DNA from: Kofleriaceae bacterium
GTDB lineage: Bacteria > Myxococcota_A > Polyangia > Haliangiales > Haliangiaceae
NCBI GenBank assembly: GCA_048500355.1
Contig: JASNYD010000006.1
Location: 544,211-608,210, forward strand
Direction: 5' to 3'
Length of the DNA: 64,000 nt
In this document: piece by piece, positions 48,690 through 61,206 of the stretch
Layout: each line of letters begins with the position of its first letter
How positions within the stretch are numbered: the stretch's first letter is position 1
Notes under the pieces: generated by a model
Databases searched by the model: none
What the model was told of the DNA's origin: nothing
Seen by the model: only the letters and a program-made list of their open reading frames with translations
Made by a program: the position numbers and the translations under genes

Positions 48690-49589
48690 ATGTCGCTCCC
48701 GCGCCCCATCTACCCCGGCAGCTTCTACCTGCTGAGCCGCCGGTGCGTGCAGCGGATGTTCCTGCTGCGGCCGGACGCGGTGACGAACAACAACCTCGCG
48801 TACTGCCTGTTCGAGGCGGCGCAGCGCTTCGGCATCGTCGTGATCTTGCCGCTGGCGATGTCCAACCACCAGCACACGGTCCTGTACGACCCGTGGGGCA
48901 ACATCGTCGCGTTCATGGAGCGCTTCCACGGCATGTTCGCCCGGGTACAGAACGCGCGGCTCGGCCGCTGGGAGAACCTGTGGGCCGCGGAGCCGCCGTC
49001 GCTGGTGCGGCTCGAGGGTCGCGACGACGTGCTCGACAAGCTGGTCTACGTCGCGACCAACCCGGTTGCCGCCGGCCTCGTCGAGCGGTCGCACCAGTGG
49101 CCGGGCGTCAACGGCCTGCCGGCGCTGCTCGCAGGGCGGGCGATGGTGGCGCGCCGGCCCGAGCACTTCTTCGGGCCCGACAGCGCGCTGCCCGAGGTGG
49201 TGTCGCTCGAGCCGACCATCCCGCCCGAGCTCGGCGACGCCGCCGCCGTCAAGCGCGAGCTACGCGAGCGCGTCCGCGCCGCCGAGGACCGCCTCGCCCG
49301 CGAGCGCGCCGCCGCCGGCGTCCCGGTGATGGGCGTCCGCGCGGTGCTGGCCCAGGCCTTCACCGACTCGCCGCGGACCCACGAGCCGCGCCGCGTCCTC
49401 AGCCCGCGCGTCGCCGCCCGCAACGTCTGGCTGCGCATCGAGGCCCTGCGCCGCAACCGCGCCTTCCTCGACGCCTACCGCGCCGCCCGCGCCCTCTGGC
49501 TCGCCGGCCTCGACGTCGTCTTCCCCGCCGGCACCTACTGGCTCCACCGCTTCGCCGGCGTCCCCGTCGCGCCCCTCGTCAAATCCTGA
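48690..49589 (+). mobile_element. REP-associated tyrosine transposase (RAYT) / IS200-like Y1 transposase gene
   Basis: HUH-type motif region LPLAMSNHQHTVL and the catalytic-Tyr motif LVYVATNPVAAGLV (Y-x-x-x-N-P-V as in RAYT/IS200 TnpA). No IS inverted repeats; flanked by hairpin repeats instead. Confidence 0.6.
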
Positions 49590-49900
49590 CGCCCCGCCCC
49601 CGGCCCTCGCGCGTGCCCACCGGCACGCGCCGTCGCGGCGTGGCCGCGCGCGGCTCGGCGAGCGGTCCGCACGGCTGCCGTGCGGCCGGTCGGAGCGGAC
49701 GCCGCGCCTCCCTTCCGCCGTAACCCCGGTACGAGCTCGGACCGTAACCCCGGTACGAGCTCCGAGTACGAGCTCCGCGCCGGTATGCCGTCGCGGCGTG
49801 GCCGCGCGCGGCCGGGCGACCGGTCCACGCGGTCGCCGCGCGGTCGGTTGGAGCGGCCGCCGTAACCCCGGTGACCTGCTGGTCGCTCCAACCAGCGCAC
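49590..49900. repeat. downstream repeat block: two about 100-nt direct repeats (gccgtcgcggcgtggccgcgcgcggc...ccgtaaccccggt), internal 22-nt tandem ccgtaaccccggtacgagctcg, and GC hairpins (gcgtgcc-cacc-ggcacgc; ccgcacggc-t-gccgtgcgg)
   Basis: Read directly. Confidence 0.7.
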
Positions 49901-50202
49901 CGACGACGAGAGCTCCGACAAGGAGTGCAGGTGTTGTTGCATGATCGAGGGGCACACAACTGCGAGGCCAGGAGCCAAAGGGGGGACGGCAGCTTCAGGG
50001 GCGAGCGTGCGCAGGACTGGCCCAGCGAGTGCGCGTGCTCAGCGCACTCTGCGCCGAATGCACCCGCTGCCTTCCTGATCCGGGTGCGGGCTTCCACTCC
50101 CTCGAACGCGGCGAGCTCGAGGTAGACCGGGCGGCCACGCGCGGGCATCGAGTAACCCGCATGTTACGCAGCCGGGGGCGGCGCTCGGCTAGCGTGGAGT
50201 CG

Positions 50203-51741
50203 ATGCCCGGCGCCGCTCCCGCCTCCGTGCTAGCCACGCTCGCGCGGCGCGCCATGCTCGCCGTCCTCGCCGGGCTACCGGCCGTGGCCGTCGCGCAGGC
50301 CGCGCCCGCCTCGACGCCCGCCCCCGCCTCGACGCCCGCCTCCGCCTCGACGCCCGCACCCGCGGCGCCGCAGGCCGCGCCCGCCTCGACGCCCGCCCCG
50401 CCCGCCTCGACGCCCGCCCCGCCCGCCGCCCGGGCCGAGCCGTGGACGCTCGCCCGCGCCGCGGGGCTGCCGAGCTGGCTCCGCCTCGAGCTCGAGCACC
50501 AGGCCCGCTACGAGCACCTCGCGAACGACTTCCGCAGCGGCGCCGACGGCGACGCCCGCGGCGCGTCGATGCGGACCCTGGTCCGCGTCGAGGTGTGGCG
50601 CGGCGCCGCCCGCCTCGGCCTCGAGCTCCAGGACGCGCGCGCCTACGTCGCGGACGGCACCCCGGTCAACTCGACGCTGTCGAACCCGATCGAGCTGCTC
50701 CAGCTCCACGTCGGGTGGAAGGCCGCCGGCCTGCTCCGCCCCGGCGACGGCTTCGACGCGCGGGCCGGGCGCATCACGATCGACCTCGGCACCCGCCGCC
50801 TCGTCGCCCGCAACCGGTTCCGCAACACCCTCAACGGCTTCACCGGCGTCGACGCCACCTGGACCAGCGCCGGCAAGCACGTCGCCCGCGCCCTCGCGGC
50901 GGTGCCGGTGACGCGGCTGCCCGCGGACGCCGACGCCCTGCGCGCCAACGAGGTCGAGCTCGACGAAGAGAACCTCGACGCCGTGGTGTGGGCCGCCGCC
51001 TACGGCTCGCCCGCCCGCCTGGCCGGCGGCCAGCTCGAGCTGCAGGTGGTCGGCTACCACGAGCGGGACGGCGACGTCGCCAGCCGCGACCGCCAGCTCG
51101 TCACGCTGGTCGCCCGATGGGTGCGCAAGCCGGCGCCCGGCGCGCTGGACGTCGACCTCGAGCTGATGCCGCAGGCCGGCACCTCGCGCGCGACCACCGC
51201 CGCCACCGACGCCACCGATCTCGACCACCGCGCCCTGTCCTGGCATGCCGAGGTCGGCCTCAGCGCGCCCATGCCGTGGCGGCCCCGGTTCGCGCTCCAG
51301 CACGACTTCGCCAGCGGCGACGGCGACCCGGCCGACGGCCGGATGGGGCGCTTCGACCCGCTCTTCGCGGCACGCCGCTTCGACTTCGGCCCGACCGGGC
51401 TCTACGGGCCGTTCGCCCGCAGCAACCTGCAGTCGCCAGGGCTGCGCGTCAGCGTGGTCCCCGGCGCGCGGCTCGACGCGGTCGCCGCCTACCGGCTGGT
51501 CTGGCTGGCCTCGGCGCGCGACGCGTGGACCACCGCCGGCCTCCGCGATCCCGACGGCGACTCGGGCACGTTCCTCGGCCAGCACGGCGAGCTCCAGGTG
51601 CGGTGGAGCCCCCTCGGCAAGACCCTCGCGGTCGAGGCCGGCGCCGCCCACCTGCGGCGCGGCCAGTTCGCGCGCTCGGCGCCCGGCGCTCGCCGCGAGG
51701 CGGCGACCTACGGGTACTTGCAGCTCAACGTATCGATCTGA
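50203..51741 (+). CDS. alginate-export-family outer-membrane beta-barrel protein (AlgE-like)
   Basis: Signal ...RRAMLAVLAGLPAVAVAQA and a Pro/Ala/Thr-rich linker. The body has the AlgE-like pattern (WLRLELEHQARYEH, FRNTLNGFTG, C-terminal YGYLQLNVSI). The start is ambiguous (50161, 50203 or 50221). Confidence 0.7.
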   Translation: MPGAAPASVLATLARRAMLAVLAGLPAVAVAQAAPASTPAPASTPASASTPAPAAPQAAPASTPAPPASTPAPPAARAEPWTLARAAGLPSWLRLELEHQARYEHLANDFRSGADGDARGASMRTLVRVEVWRGAARLGLELQDARAYVADGTPVNSTLSNPIELLQLHVGWKAAGLLRPGDGFDARAGRITIDLGTRRLVARNRFRNTLNGFTGVDATWTSAGKHVARALAAVPVTRLPADADALRANEVELDEENLDAVVWAAAYGSPARLAGGQLELQVVGYHERDGDVASRDRQLVTLVARWVRKPAPGALDVDLELMPQAGTSRATTAATDATDLDHRALSWHAEVGLSAPMPWRPRFALQHDFASGDGDPADGRMGRFDPLFAARRFDFGPTGLYGPFARSNLQSPGLRVSVVPGARLDAVAAYRLVWLASARDAWTTAGLRDPDGDSGTFLGQHGELQVRWSPLGKTLAVEAGAAHLRRGQFARSAPGARREAATYGYLQLNVSI

Positions 51742-51871
51742 TGGCGCCGCGCGTCGACGCCCTGCGCTGACACGCGTCAAGTCGCGGCCGGTGGCGTGGC
51801 CGCGGTTAACCCACCGCTGACCGACGCCGCGAGCAGGGGACACGTCGCGACGCGTACGATCGATCGTACAG

Positions 51872-53506
51872 ATGACGTCCCGACGCCTCGACGGTCCGGC
51901 CGCCGTCGCCCTCGTCCTCGCCGCGCTCGCCGCCGCCACCGCGGCTCCCGCCCGCGCCGAGGAGGTGCAGCTCTCCGACGGCTCGCGATGGGAGATCCGC
52001 GACCTCGTCCTCACCCGGATCGCGCCATCCCCCGCGATCCAGATCCGCACCGCGGTCTTCAACGTCGGCATCGGCTGTGCCGAAGGGCTGGATCGAAGGT
52101 ACCGCGTTGGACACCGCGCGTACGTCCCGCCGTCTGCCTACCCCGTCGCGGTCGAGGAACCCGACGGCGGACGGGTCCGCGGCGTGGTGTGCGCCGACCT
52201 CGATGGCGCCGCCGTCGTCACCACGATCACCTGGACCGGGGCGCCGACGCCATCCGATCACGCGTCGGTGAGGGGAGTGCTGGAGGCGCTGTTCACCGAC
52301 CTGAAGGGGTTCGCGTGGCCGGCAAGCTCGCTCTCGCTGTTTCAGCCCTCGATCCTGGCGGTGCCGCTGGACGCCCGCACCGGGACCTGGAACTTCGTCT
52401 CCGGCAAGGTCGATGCCATGTCGACCCTCCTGTTCATGCTGTGGCCGCAGGGGCCGCCCGCAGCCATCAGCATGAACCGCCCCCGCGTACGGCAGCGCTG
52501 CGACGAGGTCGGGCTGCGACAGCCTCGGCCGTCGTGGGCGCCAGCGAGCTTCTACCCGCTCGGCGCCACACGCGGCGACTCGGCGCTGGCCTGCCTCGAC
52601 CCCGCCGATGGTCACGCACTCATCGTCCAGGTCCGGCTCGCCGACCCGGCCGACGGATCGCGGGTGCGCGCCCTGCTCGAGGCGATCGCCGCCGCCGCCG
52701 GCGCCGCGCGCCCGCCCGCCACGGCGCCACCGCCGCCGTCGCCGGCGCCCCCTGCCCCCCCGGCGGTGAGGCCATCGCCGGCGGCGACCCCGACGCCGCG
52801 GCCCGCGACGTCCGCCCCGCTGGCCGCGGCCGCGACGACGGCCGCGCCGCCCTACGACGGGTCGACCGCCCCGTACCTCCGCGCCAGCCGCCGCCACGAC
52901 GACGAGGCTGACGACCTGGCGCCCTACGCCGGTCGGCGCGACCACGCGCTCGGGCTCGGGCGCCGGCACTGGCGCGTCGAGCTCCACCAGCTCGCGCCGG
53001 GGACGGCGGTCGCTGCCACCGAGACCGCGCTCGGCGCCGGCGCCGGCGTCGGCGCGCTGCGTCTGTGGGGGCGTCCGTGGAACGCGCTGGCCGGCGGCCT
53101 CGAGTACGACGCCAGCGCCGCCGTCGAGCGCTCGTCGAGCGTCACCTTCGACACCCACGCCGGCGCGATGCTCGGCCTGCGGCCGGGCCCGACGCTGGTG
53201 ATCCTGGGCGGCTTCGGGGTCGGCCTCGACGGGCTCGGGCTCGGCGCCGCCGACGACCGGCCGGCGCTCGACGCCGGCCTCTACGGCTACGCCGGCATCC
53301 GCGCCCGGCTCGCGCTCGGTCGCCGCCTCGGCCTCGACGCCTGGGCCCGCCGGCTCGATCGCGCCGGCGACGTCGGCGAGACCCGGTACGGCGCCGAGCT
53401 GACGATCCACCGCCGCCGCGGCGCGTCGGTGGTGGTGGGCGCGCAGCGCACGACCTACGACGACCTCGCCGATCGGGTCGGGGTCTCCCTGGGCGTCCGC
53501 CGCTGA
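51872..53506 (+). CDS. secreted hypothetical protein (signal peptide; Pro/Ala-rich central linker)
   Basis: [29 protein letters not shown] signal. N-terminal half protein-like; the C-terminal half is Gly/Ala/Leu-rich and possibly a beta-barrel. Confidence 0.55.
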   Translation: MTSRRLDGPAAVALVLAALAAATAAPARAEEVQLSDGSRWEIRDLVLTRIAPSPAIQIRTAVFNVGIGCAEGLDRRYRVGHRAYVPPSAYPVAVEEPDGGRVRGVVCADLDGAAVVTTITWTGAPTPSDHASVRGVLEALFTDLKGFAWPASSLSLFQPSILAVPLDARTGTWNFVSGKVDAMSTLLFMLWPQGPPAAISMNRPRVRQRCDEVGLRQPRPSWAPASFYPLGATRGDSALACLDPADGHALIVQVRLADPADGSRVRALLEAIAAAAGAARPPATAPPPPSPAPPAPPAVRPSPAATPTPRPATSAPLAAAATTAAPPYDGSTAPYLRASRRHDDEADDLAPYAGRRDHALGLGRRHWRVELHQLAPGTAVAATETALGAGAGVGALRLWGRPWNALAGGLEYDASAAVERSSSVTFDTHAGAMLGLRPGPTLVILGGFGVGLDGLGLGAADDRPALDAGLYGYAGIRARLALGRRLGLDAWARRLDRAGDVGETRYGAELTIHRRRGASVVVGAQRTTYDDLADRVGVSLGVRR

Positions 53507-53571
53507 GCGACGACCGACCGCCGGTCGCGACCCGGTCGCGCCACCACCGCCGGCGACGTACCATCGCGCCG

Positions 53572-54141
53572 ATGCCGCTGTCCCGCGACGAGGCCTGGGC
53601 CCTGTTCACCACCTGGACCACCGGCGACGCGCTGCGCCGCCACGGCCGCGCCGTCGAGCTGGTGATGCGCGCCGCCGCGCCGCGCTACGGCGGCGCCGAC
53701 GCCGACGTCGAGCAGTGGGGCCTCGCCGGCCTCCTGCACGACGCCGACTACGAGGCCTGGCCCGACGAGCACCCCCACCGCGTCGTCGGCTGGCTGCGCG
53801 AGCGCGGCGAGGCCGCCCTGGCCCACGCCATCAGCGCCCACTACACGCGGTGGGGCGTGCCGTACGAGAGCGCGCTCGACCGCGCGCTGCTCGCCTGTGA
53901 CGAGCCCACCGGCTTCGTCATGGCCTGCTGCCTGGTCCGCCCCGACGGCATCGCCACCCTCGAGGTCGCCAGCGTCAGGAAGCGCCTCAAGGACAAGCGC
54001 TTCGCCGCCACCGTCGACCGCGGCGAGGTCACCGCGGGCGCGGAGCTGCTCGGCGTCTCGCTCGACGCGCACCTCGCGTTCATCATCGGCGCGCTCCGCG
54101 CCCACGCCACCGAGCTCGGCCTCACCGGCCGCGCGACCTGA
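53572..54141 (+). CDS. HD-domain metal-dependent phosphohydrolase
   Basis: H...HD motif (RHGRAVE ... [11 protein letters not shown]) and downstream conserved His/Asp residues. 189 aa. Confidence 0.7.
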   Translation: MPLSRDEAWALFTTWTTGDALRRHGRAVELVMRAAAPRYGGADADVEQWGLAGLLHDADYEAWPDEHPHRVVGWLRERGEAALAHAISAHYTRWGVPYESALDRALLACDEPTGFVMACCLVRPDGIATLEVASVRKRLKDKRFAATVDRGEVTAGAELLGVSLDAHLAFIIGALRAHATELGLTGRAT

Positions 54142-54230
54142 CGGCTCGTCGCCCGTCGCCACCGGCGACCGGACAGGGTGGGCTCGAATCCGGGCGCGGG
54201 TTCGGATCCGGGCCGCGGGGCCACCACCGA

Positions 54231-55490
<1,260 letters not shown>

Positions 55491-55523
55491 GGGGCTACCG
55501 GGACGCCGCGGACGAGGCCAGGA

Positions 55524-56159
<636 letters not shown>

Positions 56160-56313
56160 GGCCTGACCCGACTGTACGAGCCCCCGGGGGATGGCGCAAC
56201 GCGATCGCCCGGCAAGGGCGGGGCACCTGCCCGAAAGACCGGGCCGACTCCCGGACCGCGCGCCGACCCGATCACGGCCCGATCACGGCCCGATCGCCGG
56301 CCCGATCGCCGGT

Positions 56314-57702
56314 TCAGTGGTTGCAGTCGGGGCCGTGGACGTGCCCCTCGTCGCCGTGGTCGGGCGCGGTGGCGATCGGCCCGCCGGTGCCGAGACCGGC
56401 CTCGGCCGGCTCGCTGAGCGTGTCGACCTCGGTCACGCTGGCCCGCTCGACCAGGAGGTCGAGGACCTTGTCCTGGCGGAGCGACCAGCGCGCCGAGTCG
56501 AGGCGGCCGTCGCGATCCCACTCGGCGCGCAGGCGCGCCGGCGGGACGTTGCGGGCCTTCGCCGCCTGGGTGACGTGGACCATGATCTCGTCGTCGCTGA
56601 CCGCGATCTGCTCGCCGTCGGCGATGGCCTCGAGCAGGAGCTGGCCGCGGACCTCGTCGGCGCCGGCCGGCTTCATCTTCTCGCGCAGCTCGGCGGTGAG
56701 CCCGGTGCCTTCGCGATCCGGGGGCATGCCGATCATCTGGCGCAGGCGGTTGTACTGCATCTCGACCGCGCGATCGACGAGCGACGACGCCACCGGGATC
56801 TGGAACTTCTTGACCAGCGCGCGCAGCGCGGCCTGCCGGGCCTCGCTCTTGATGACCGCCGCCTCGCGATCCTCGAGCTCCTTGCGCACGGCGGCGCGCA
56901 GGCCGTCGAAGGTGTCGGCCTTGCCGGTGTCCTTGGCGAAGTCGTCGTCGAGCCCCGGCACGTCCTTGGCCCGGGCCTCGACCACCGACATCGTGAGGTG
57001 GGCGTGACGGCCGCGCAGGCTCTCGTCGGCGTGATCGGCGGGGATGTCGACCTCGAACACCTGGTCCTTGGTGTCGAGGGGCACGCCGGTGAGGGCGGCG
57101 CGCAGGCCGGGCACCGGCTCGCGCTCGGGGTCGTCGAGGTCGACGCCGAAGCGGGGCTGATCGATCGGGTGCTCGCCGATCGAGCCGACGACGTGGACGA
57201 TCACGACGTCGCCGGGGGCGGTCTCGGTGCGGCCCTCGATCGGCACCAGCTCGGTGTGCTCCTTGCGCAGGGCCTCGATCGCCTTGTCGACCTCGGCGTC
57301 CTCGACCTTCAGGCGGCGGCGCTCGATGGCGAGCCCCTGCCAGCCGTCGACCACGACCTCGCCCTTGATCTCGACGATGGCGGCGAACGCGAAGGGCTCG
57401 CCCTTCTTGATCTGCCCGCCCTCCTCGAGCCGGGGCTCGGCCACCGCGCCGAGCTGGTGCTGCTGGTTGGCGGTGAAGAACGACTCGCGCACGAGCTGGT
57501 ACGCGACCTCGGCGTGGACGCGCGGCGCGTAGATCTGCTCGAGCACCGAGCGGGGCGCCTTGCCCTTGCGGAAGCCCTTGAGGGCGACGCCCTTGCCGAG
57601 CTCGCGGTACGCGACGCCGAGGCGGTCGGCCACGGTCGCCCACGGGATCTCGACGATGAGCTTCTTCTCGACGGGAGAGACGTCTTCGATGCGCAGCTGC
57701 AT
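56314..57702 (-). CDS. tig: trigger factor (with unusual His/Cys-rich C-terminal tail ...[15 protein letters not shown])
   Basis: Ribosome-binding GFRKGKAP motif, FKBP-like middle domain and C-terminal chaperone domain. ATG 57702 is chosen to match the conserved trigger-factor N-terminus [15 protein letters not shown] (upstream ATG 57765 is an alternative). Gene order tig-clpP-clpX. Confidence 0.9.
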   Translation of the reverse strand: MQLRIEDVSPVEKKLIVEIPWATVADRLGVAYRELGKGVALKGFRKGKAPRSVLEQIYAPRVHAEVAYQLVRESFFTANQQHQLGAVAEPRLEEGGQIKKGEPFAFAAIVEIKGEVVVDGWQGLAIERRRLKVEDAEVDKAIEALRKEHTELVPIEGRTETAPGDVVIVHVVGSIGEHPIDQPRFGVDLDDPEREPVPGLRAALTGVPLDTKDQVFEVDIPADHADESLRGRHAHLTMSVVEARAKDVPGLDDDFAKDTGKADTFDGLRAAVRKELEDREAAVIKSEARQAALRALVKKFQIPVASSLVDRAVEMQYNRLRQMIGMPPDREGTGLTAELREKMKPAGADEVRGQLLLEAIADGEQIAVSDDEIMVHVTQAAKARNVPPARLRAEWDRDGRLDSARWSLRQDKVLDLLVERASVTEVDTLSEPAEAGLGTGGPIATAPDHGDEGHVHGPDCNH

Positions 57703-57853
57703 GGGAGCGCCGAGTGGTAGCACACGACCCGCGCGCGGCACCACCCCGCGCGACCCAGGTGACACGAGCGATTTCGGCGAGTTGCGAACATCGGCCCCGC
57801 GCGTGGCGGGCGCCCGCGCCCCCGTGGCCCCCGCCCGGCGATAGAGTCGGGGC

Positions 57854-58885
57854 GTGAGCCATCCCCGGGTCCTCGTCGTCGGCGCCGGTGCGGTCGGGCA
57901 GGTGTTCGCGCACCACTACCAGCGCGGCGGCGCCGAGGTGACGTTCCTCGTCCGCGAGAAGTACCGGGCCGACGTCGCCCGCGGCTTCGATCTCTACCCG
58001 CTCAACCAGCGGCGCCGGCGCCGGCCCGGCGCCGAGCCGGTGCGCTTCGACGGCTTCGCGGTGGTGAGCGCGGCGGCCGAGGTCGCGGCCCGCGCCTTCG
58101 ATCAGGTGGTGCTGACCGTGGCCTCGCCGGCCTTGCGCGGGCCGTGGCTGCCCGAGCTGGTGGCCGCCGCCGGCGACGCCACCGTGGTCGCGCTCCAGCC
58201 CGGCCTCGACGATCGCGCCCTCGTCCTCGCCGCCGGCGTGCCCGAGGACCGCCTGGTCCAGGGCATGATCTCGCTCGTCAGCTACCACGCGCCGCTGCCC
58301 GGCGAGACCCGCTTCGCGCGCCCGGGCATGGCCTACTGGTTCCCGCCGCTGTCGCCGTCGCCGTTCTCCGGCCCGGCCGCGCGGACCGCCGCGGTGGTGG
58401 CGGCCCTGCGCGCCGGCGGGCTGCCGGCGAAGCGCCACCGGGACGTGCCGCGCCTCGCCGGCTTCCCGACCGCGGTCATGATGCCGTACCTGGTCGCGCT
58501 CGAGCTCGGCGGCTGGACGGTGCGCGGCGCCGCCCGCGCCGGCACGCTGACCGTGGGCGGCCGCGGCGGGCGCGAGGCGGTGGCGGTGGTGCGGAGCCTC
58601 CTCGGCAAGCCGCCCCTCGGCCTCGGCGCCCTGACCCGCCCCTGGCTCCTGCGCGCCGGCCTGTGGGCGGCGCGGCCGCTCATCCCCCTGCCGCTCGAGA
58701 TCTACCTGCGCGAGCACTTCACCAAGGTCGGCGAGCAGACCAGCGAGCTCCTCGACGGCTACATCGCCAAGGGCCAGGCCGCCGGCCTGCCGGTGACCGC
58801 GCTCGAGGAGCTGGCGGCCGGCCTGCGCCAGGCCCGGGCCGGCGCCGCCGCGTCCGCGCCCGCCGCCGCCCGGGGCGCGTCGTGA
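57854..58885 (+). CDS. ketopantoate reductase (ApbA/PanE) family oxidoreductase
   Basis: N-terminal Rossmann VLVVGAGAVGQVFA plus the KPR-family architecture. Confidence 0.7.
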   Translation: MSHPRVLVVGAGAVGQVFAHHYQRGGAEVTFLVREKYRADVARGFDLYPLNQRRRRRPGAEPVRFDGFAVVSAAAEVAARAFDQVVLTVASPALRGPWLPELVAAAGDATVVALQPGLDDRALVLAAGVPEDRLVQGMISLVSYHAPLPGETRFARPGMAYWFPPLSPSPFSGPAARTAAVVAALRAGGLPAKRHRDVPRLAGFPTAVMMPYLVALELGGWTVRGAARAGTLTVGGRGGREAVAVVRSLLGKPPLGLGALTRPWLLRAGLWAARPLIPLPLEIYLREHFTKVGEQTSELLDGYIAKGQAAGLPVTALEELAAGLRQARAGAAASAPAAARGAS

Positions 58886-61206
58886 GCCCCGCCGCCCGCA
58901 CCGCCGGCCGCCCCGCCCGCCTCGCCGGCGCCCTCGCCGTCGCGCTCGCGCTCGGGGCCTGCGACGTCCACGTCGAGCGGCCGCCGCCGCCGGCCCACGA
59001 CGGCGTCCACGGCTTCGTCGGCGGCTGCTACGCCGTCGACGCGACGACGCCTGGCAGCACCAACACCCGCTGGCTGGCCGCCGCCCGCCGCGGCGCGGCC
59101 TTCGCCTTCGCCGCCACCGAGGTCCGCGCCGGCGCCCGCTTCCGGCTGCAGCCGGCCGACCTCGCCACCTACCTCCTCTACGACGCCGAGCGTCGCTTCC
59201 TCGCCGCCGACGACGACGGCGCGCTGATCCGCCCGGCCGAGCTCGACTCCGACGTCGCGCTGCTCGACGACACGTTCGTCTCGCCGGCGGAGTGGGTGAT
59301 CGAGCCGAGCGCCCACGACCCCGACCGCCTGCAGCTCCGCCACCGCCGCAGCGGGCGCTACCTCGCTCCCGGCGGGTTGTCCGACGGGCTCGACGACGCC
59401 GGCGTGATCGCGCTCTACCCGACCGACGGCTGCGTCGACTTCCCCGAGCTGTCGCTCGACGCCGAGGGGGCGGTGGTGCCGCGGCGATGGGACGACGGCG
59501 CGGTCTTCGGCATCGTCGACACCCACGCCCACCTCTTCACCAACATGGGCTTCGGCGGCGGCGGCATCTTCCACGGCGCGCCCTTCCACCGCCTCGGCGT
59601 CGAGCACGCCCTGCCGAGCTGCGCGCGCTTCCACGGCGACGAGGGGCGCAAGGATCTGGTCGGCTTCGCCTTCTCGGGCCTGACCGACCTCGACCGCTCC
59701 GCCCTGATCAGCGTGTTCGTCGCCGGCATGACCCCGACCTTCGATCACCACCCCGACGGCTACCCCACCTTCACCGACTGGCCCAACAGCTGGAAGCGCG
59801 CCACCCACCAGACCCAGTACTACCGCTGGCTGGAGCGCGCCCATCGCGCCGGCCTCCGCCTGGTGGTCCAGCACGCCACCACCAACCAGGTCCTGTGCGA
59901 GCTGATGGTCGGGCTCGGGGCGCACCAGGTCCGCTACGCCTGCGACGACATGGTCGCCGTCGAGCGCACGATCGACGAGGTGCGGGCGCTCGAGCGCTAC
60001 GTCGACGCCCACGCCGGCGGCCCCGGCCGCGGATGGTTCCGCGTGGTGACGAGCCCGGCCGAGGCCCGGGCCGTGATCGACGCCGGCAAGCTGGCGGTGG
60101 TCCTCGGCATCGAGACCTCCAACCTGTTCGAGTGCCACCTCACGCCGCGGCCCGGCGCGCCGGTGTGCGACGAGGCCCACCTCCGCGCCCAGCTCGACCA
60201 CTACCAGGCCCGCGGCGTGCGCGCGATCTTCCCCGTGCACAAGTTCGACAACGCGTTCTCCGCCGGCGACGGTGACCGCAACGTCGGTCAGATCGGCAGC
60301 TTCGTCAACAGCGGCCACTGGTCGAACCTGGTCCTCGACTGCCCCGACGTGCCGTCGGTGTTCGATCGCGGCCCGGTGACCTTCGGCGGCATCAACATGC
60401 CCCGCGCCGACTACCTGGCGCCGGCGCCCAACGACATGAGCGGCTTCGCCCTCGATCCGCTGCGCACGATCTCGCCCTTCCTCGGCCGCCTCATGGAGCC
60501 GGCGCTGGCCGGTGACCACTGCCAGAACGCGGGGCTGACCGCGCTCGGCGAGACGCTCCTCGACGAGCTGATGCGGCGCGGCCTCATCGTCGAGGTGGAT
60601 CACCTGCCGCGGCGCGCCCACGTCCGCGCCTACGAGCTGCTCACCGCCGCCGACTACCCGCCGGCGGCCACCCACGGCAACGTCAACCGCGGCCGGGTCT
60701 ACGAGCTGGGCGGGGTGTCGATGACCCACCTCGGCCGCTGCGCCGATCCGACTCGCCCCGGCGCGATGGGCGACGCGCTGCGCGAGCGGATCGCCCTCAT
60801 CGCCGCCCACGGCGGCTACCCGGCCGAGGGCTTCGGCTTCGACTTCAACGGCTTCGCCGGCGGCCCGCGGCCGCGCTTCGGGGCCGACAGCCCGTGCACC
60901 ACGCCCCAGGCCAACCCGATCACCTACCCGTTCACGTCCTACGCCGGCGACGTCACCTTCACCCCGCCCCGGCTCGGCGAGCGCGCCGTCGACTTCAACA
61001 CCGAGGGCATGCTGCACCTCGGGCTCCTGCCCGAGCTGATCGAGGACGCGCGCCGCGACGGCGTCACCGACGCCGAGCTCGAGCCGCTGTTCCGCTCCGC
61101 CGAGGCCTACCTGCGGATGTGGGAGAAGGCGGAGGCGCGGGGCGCCGCCCTGCGCGCGACGCCCCGGTCGCCCGCCCGCCCGGGCGCGCTATCCTCGGAC
61201 CGATGA
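58882..61206 (+). CDS. large lipoprotein with metal-dependent amidohydrolase/dipeptidase-like His motifs
   Basis: GTG 58882 overlaps the TGA stop of the upstream gene (GTGA). Signal VSPAARTAGRPARLAGALAVALALGAC-D. FGIVDTHAHLF ... HGDEGRKD ... IFPVHKFDN ... HLPRRAH metal-ligand-like motifs. Family assignment is tentative. Confidence 0.6.
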   Translation: MSPAARTAGRPARLAGALAVALALGACDVHVERPPPPAHDGVHGFVGGCYAVDATTPGSTNTRWLAAARRGAAFAFAATEVRAGARFRLQPADLATYLLYDAERRFLAADDDGALIRPAELDSDVALLDDTFVSPAEWVIEPSAHDPDRLQLRHRRSGRYLAPGGLSDGLDDAGVIALYPTDGCVDFPELSLDAEGAVVPRRWDDGAVFGIVDTHAHLFTNMGFGGGGIFHGAPFHRLGVEHALPSCARFHGDEGRKDLVGFAFSGLTDLDRSALISVFVAGMTPTFDHHPDGYPTFTDWPNSWKRATHQTQYYRWLERAHRAGLRLVVQHATTNQVLCELMVGLGAHQVRYACDDMVAVERTIDEVRALERYVDAHAGGPGRGWFRVVTSPAEARAVIDAGKLAVVLGIETSNLFECHLTPRPGAPVCDEAHLRAQLDHYQARGVRAIFPVHKFDNAFSAGDGDRNVGQIGSFVNSGHWSNLVLDCPDVPSVFDRGPVTFGGINMPRADYLAPAPNDMSGFALDPLRTISPFLGRLMEPALAGDHCQNAGLTALGETLLDELMRRGLIVEVDHLPRRAHVRAYELLTAADYPPAATHGNVNRGRVYELGGVSMTHLGRCADPTRPGAMGDALRERIALIAAHGGYPAEGFGFDFNGFAGGPRPRFGADSPCTTPQANPITYPFTSYAGDVTFTPPRLGERAVDFNTEGMLHLGLLPELIEDARRDGVTDAELEPLFRSAEAYLRMWEKAEARGAALRATPRSPARPGALSSDR

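Noticed and set aside
57703-57853. Search for a tRNA or small RNA upstream of tig (common location in other bacteria)
   Set aside because: No cloverleaf-compatible sequence (no GTTC-like T-arm or acceptor pairing) could be recognised by eye; left uncalled.
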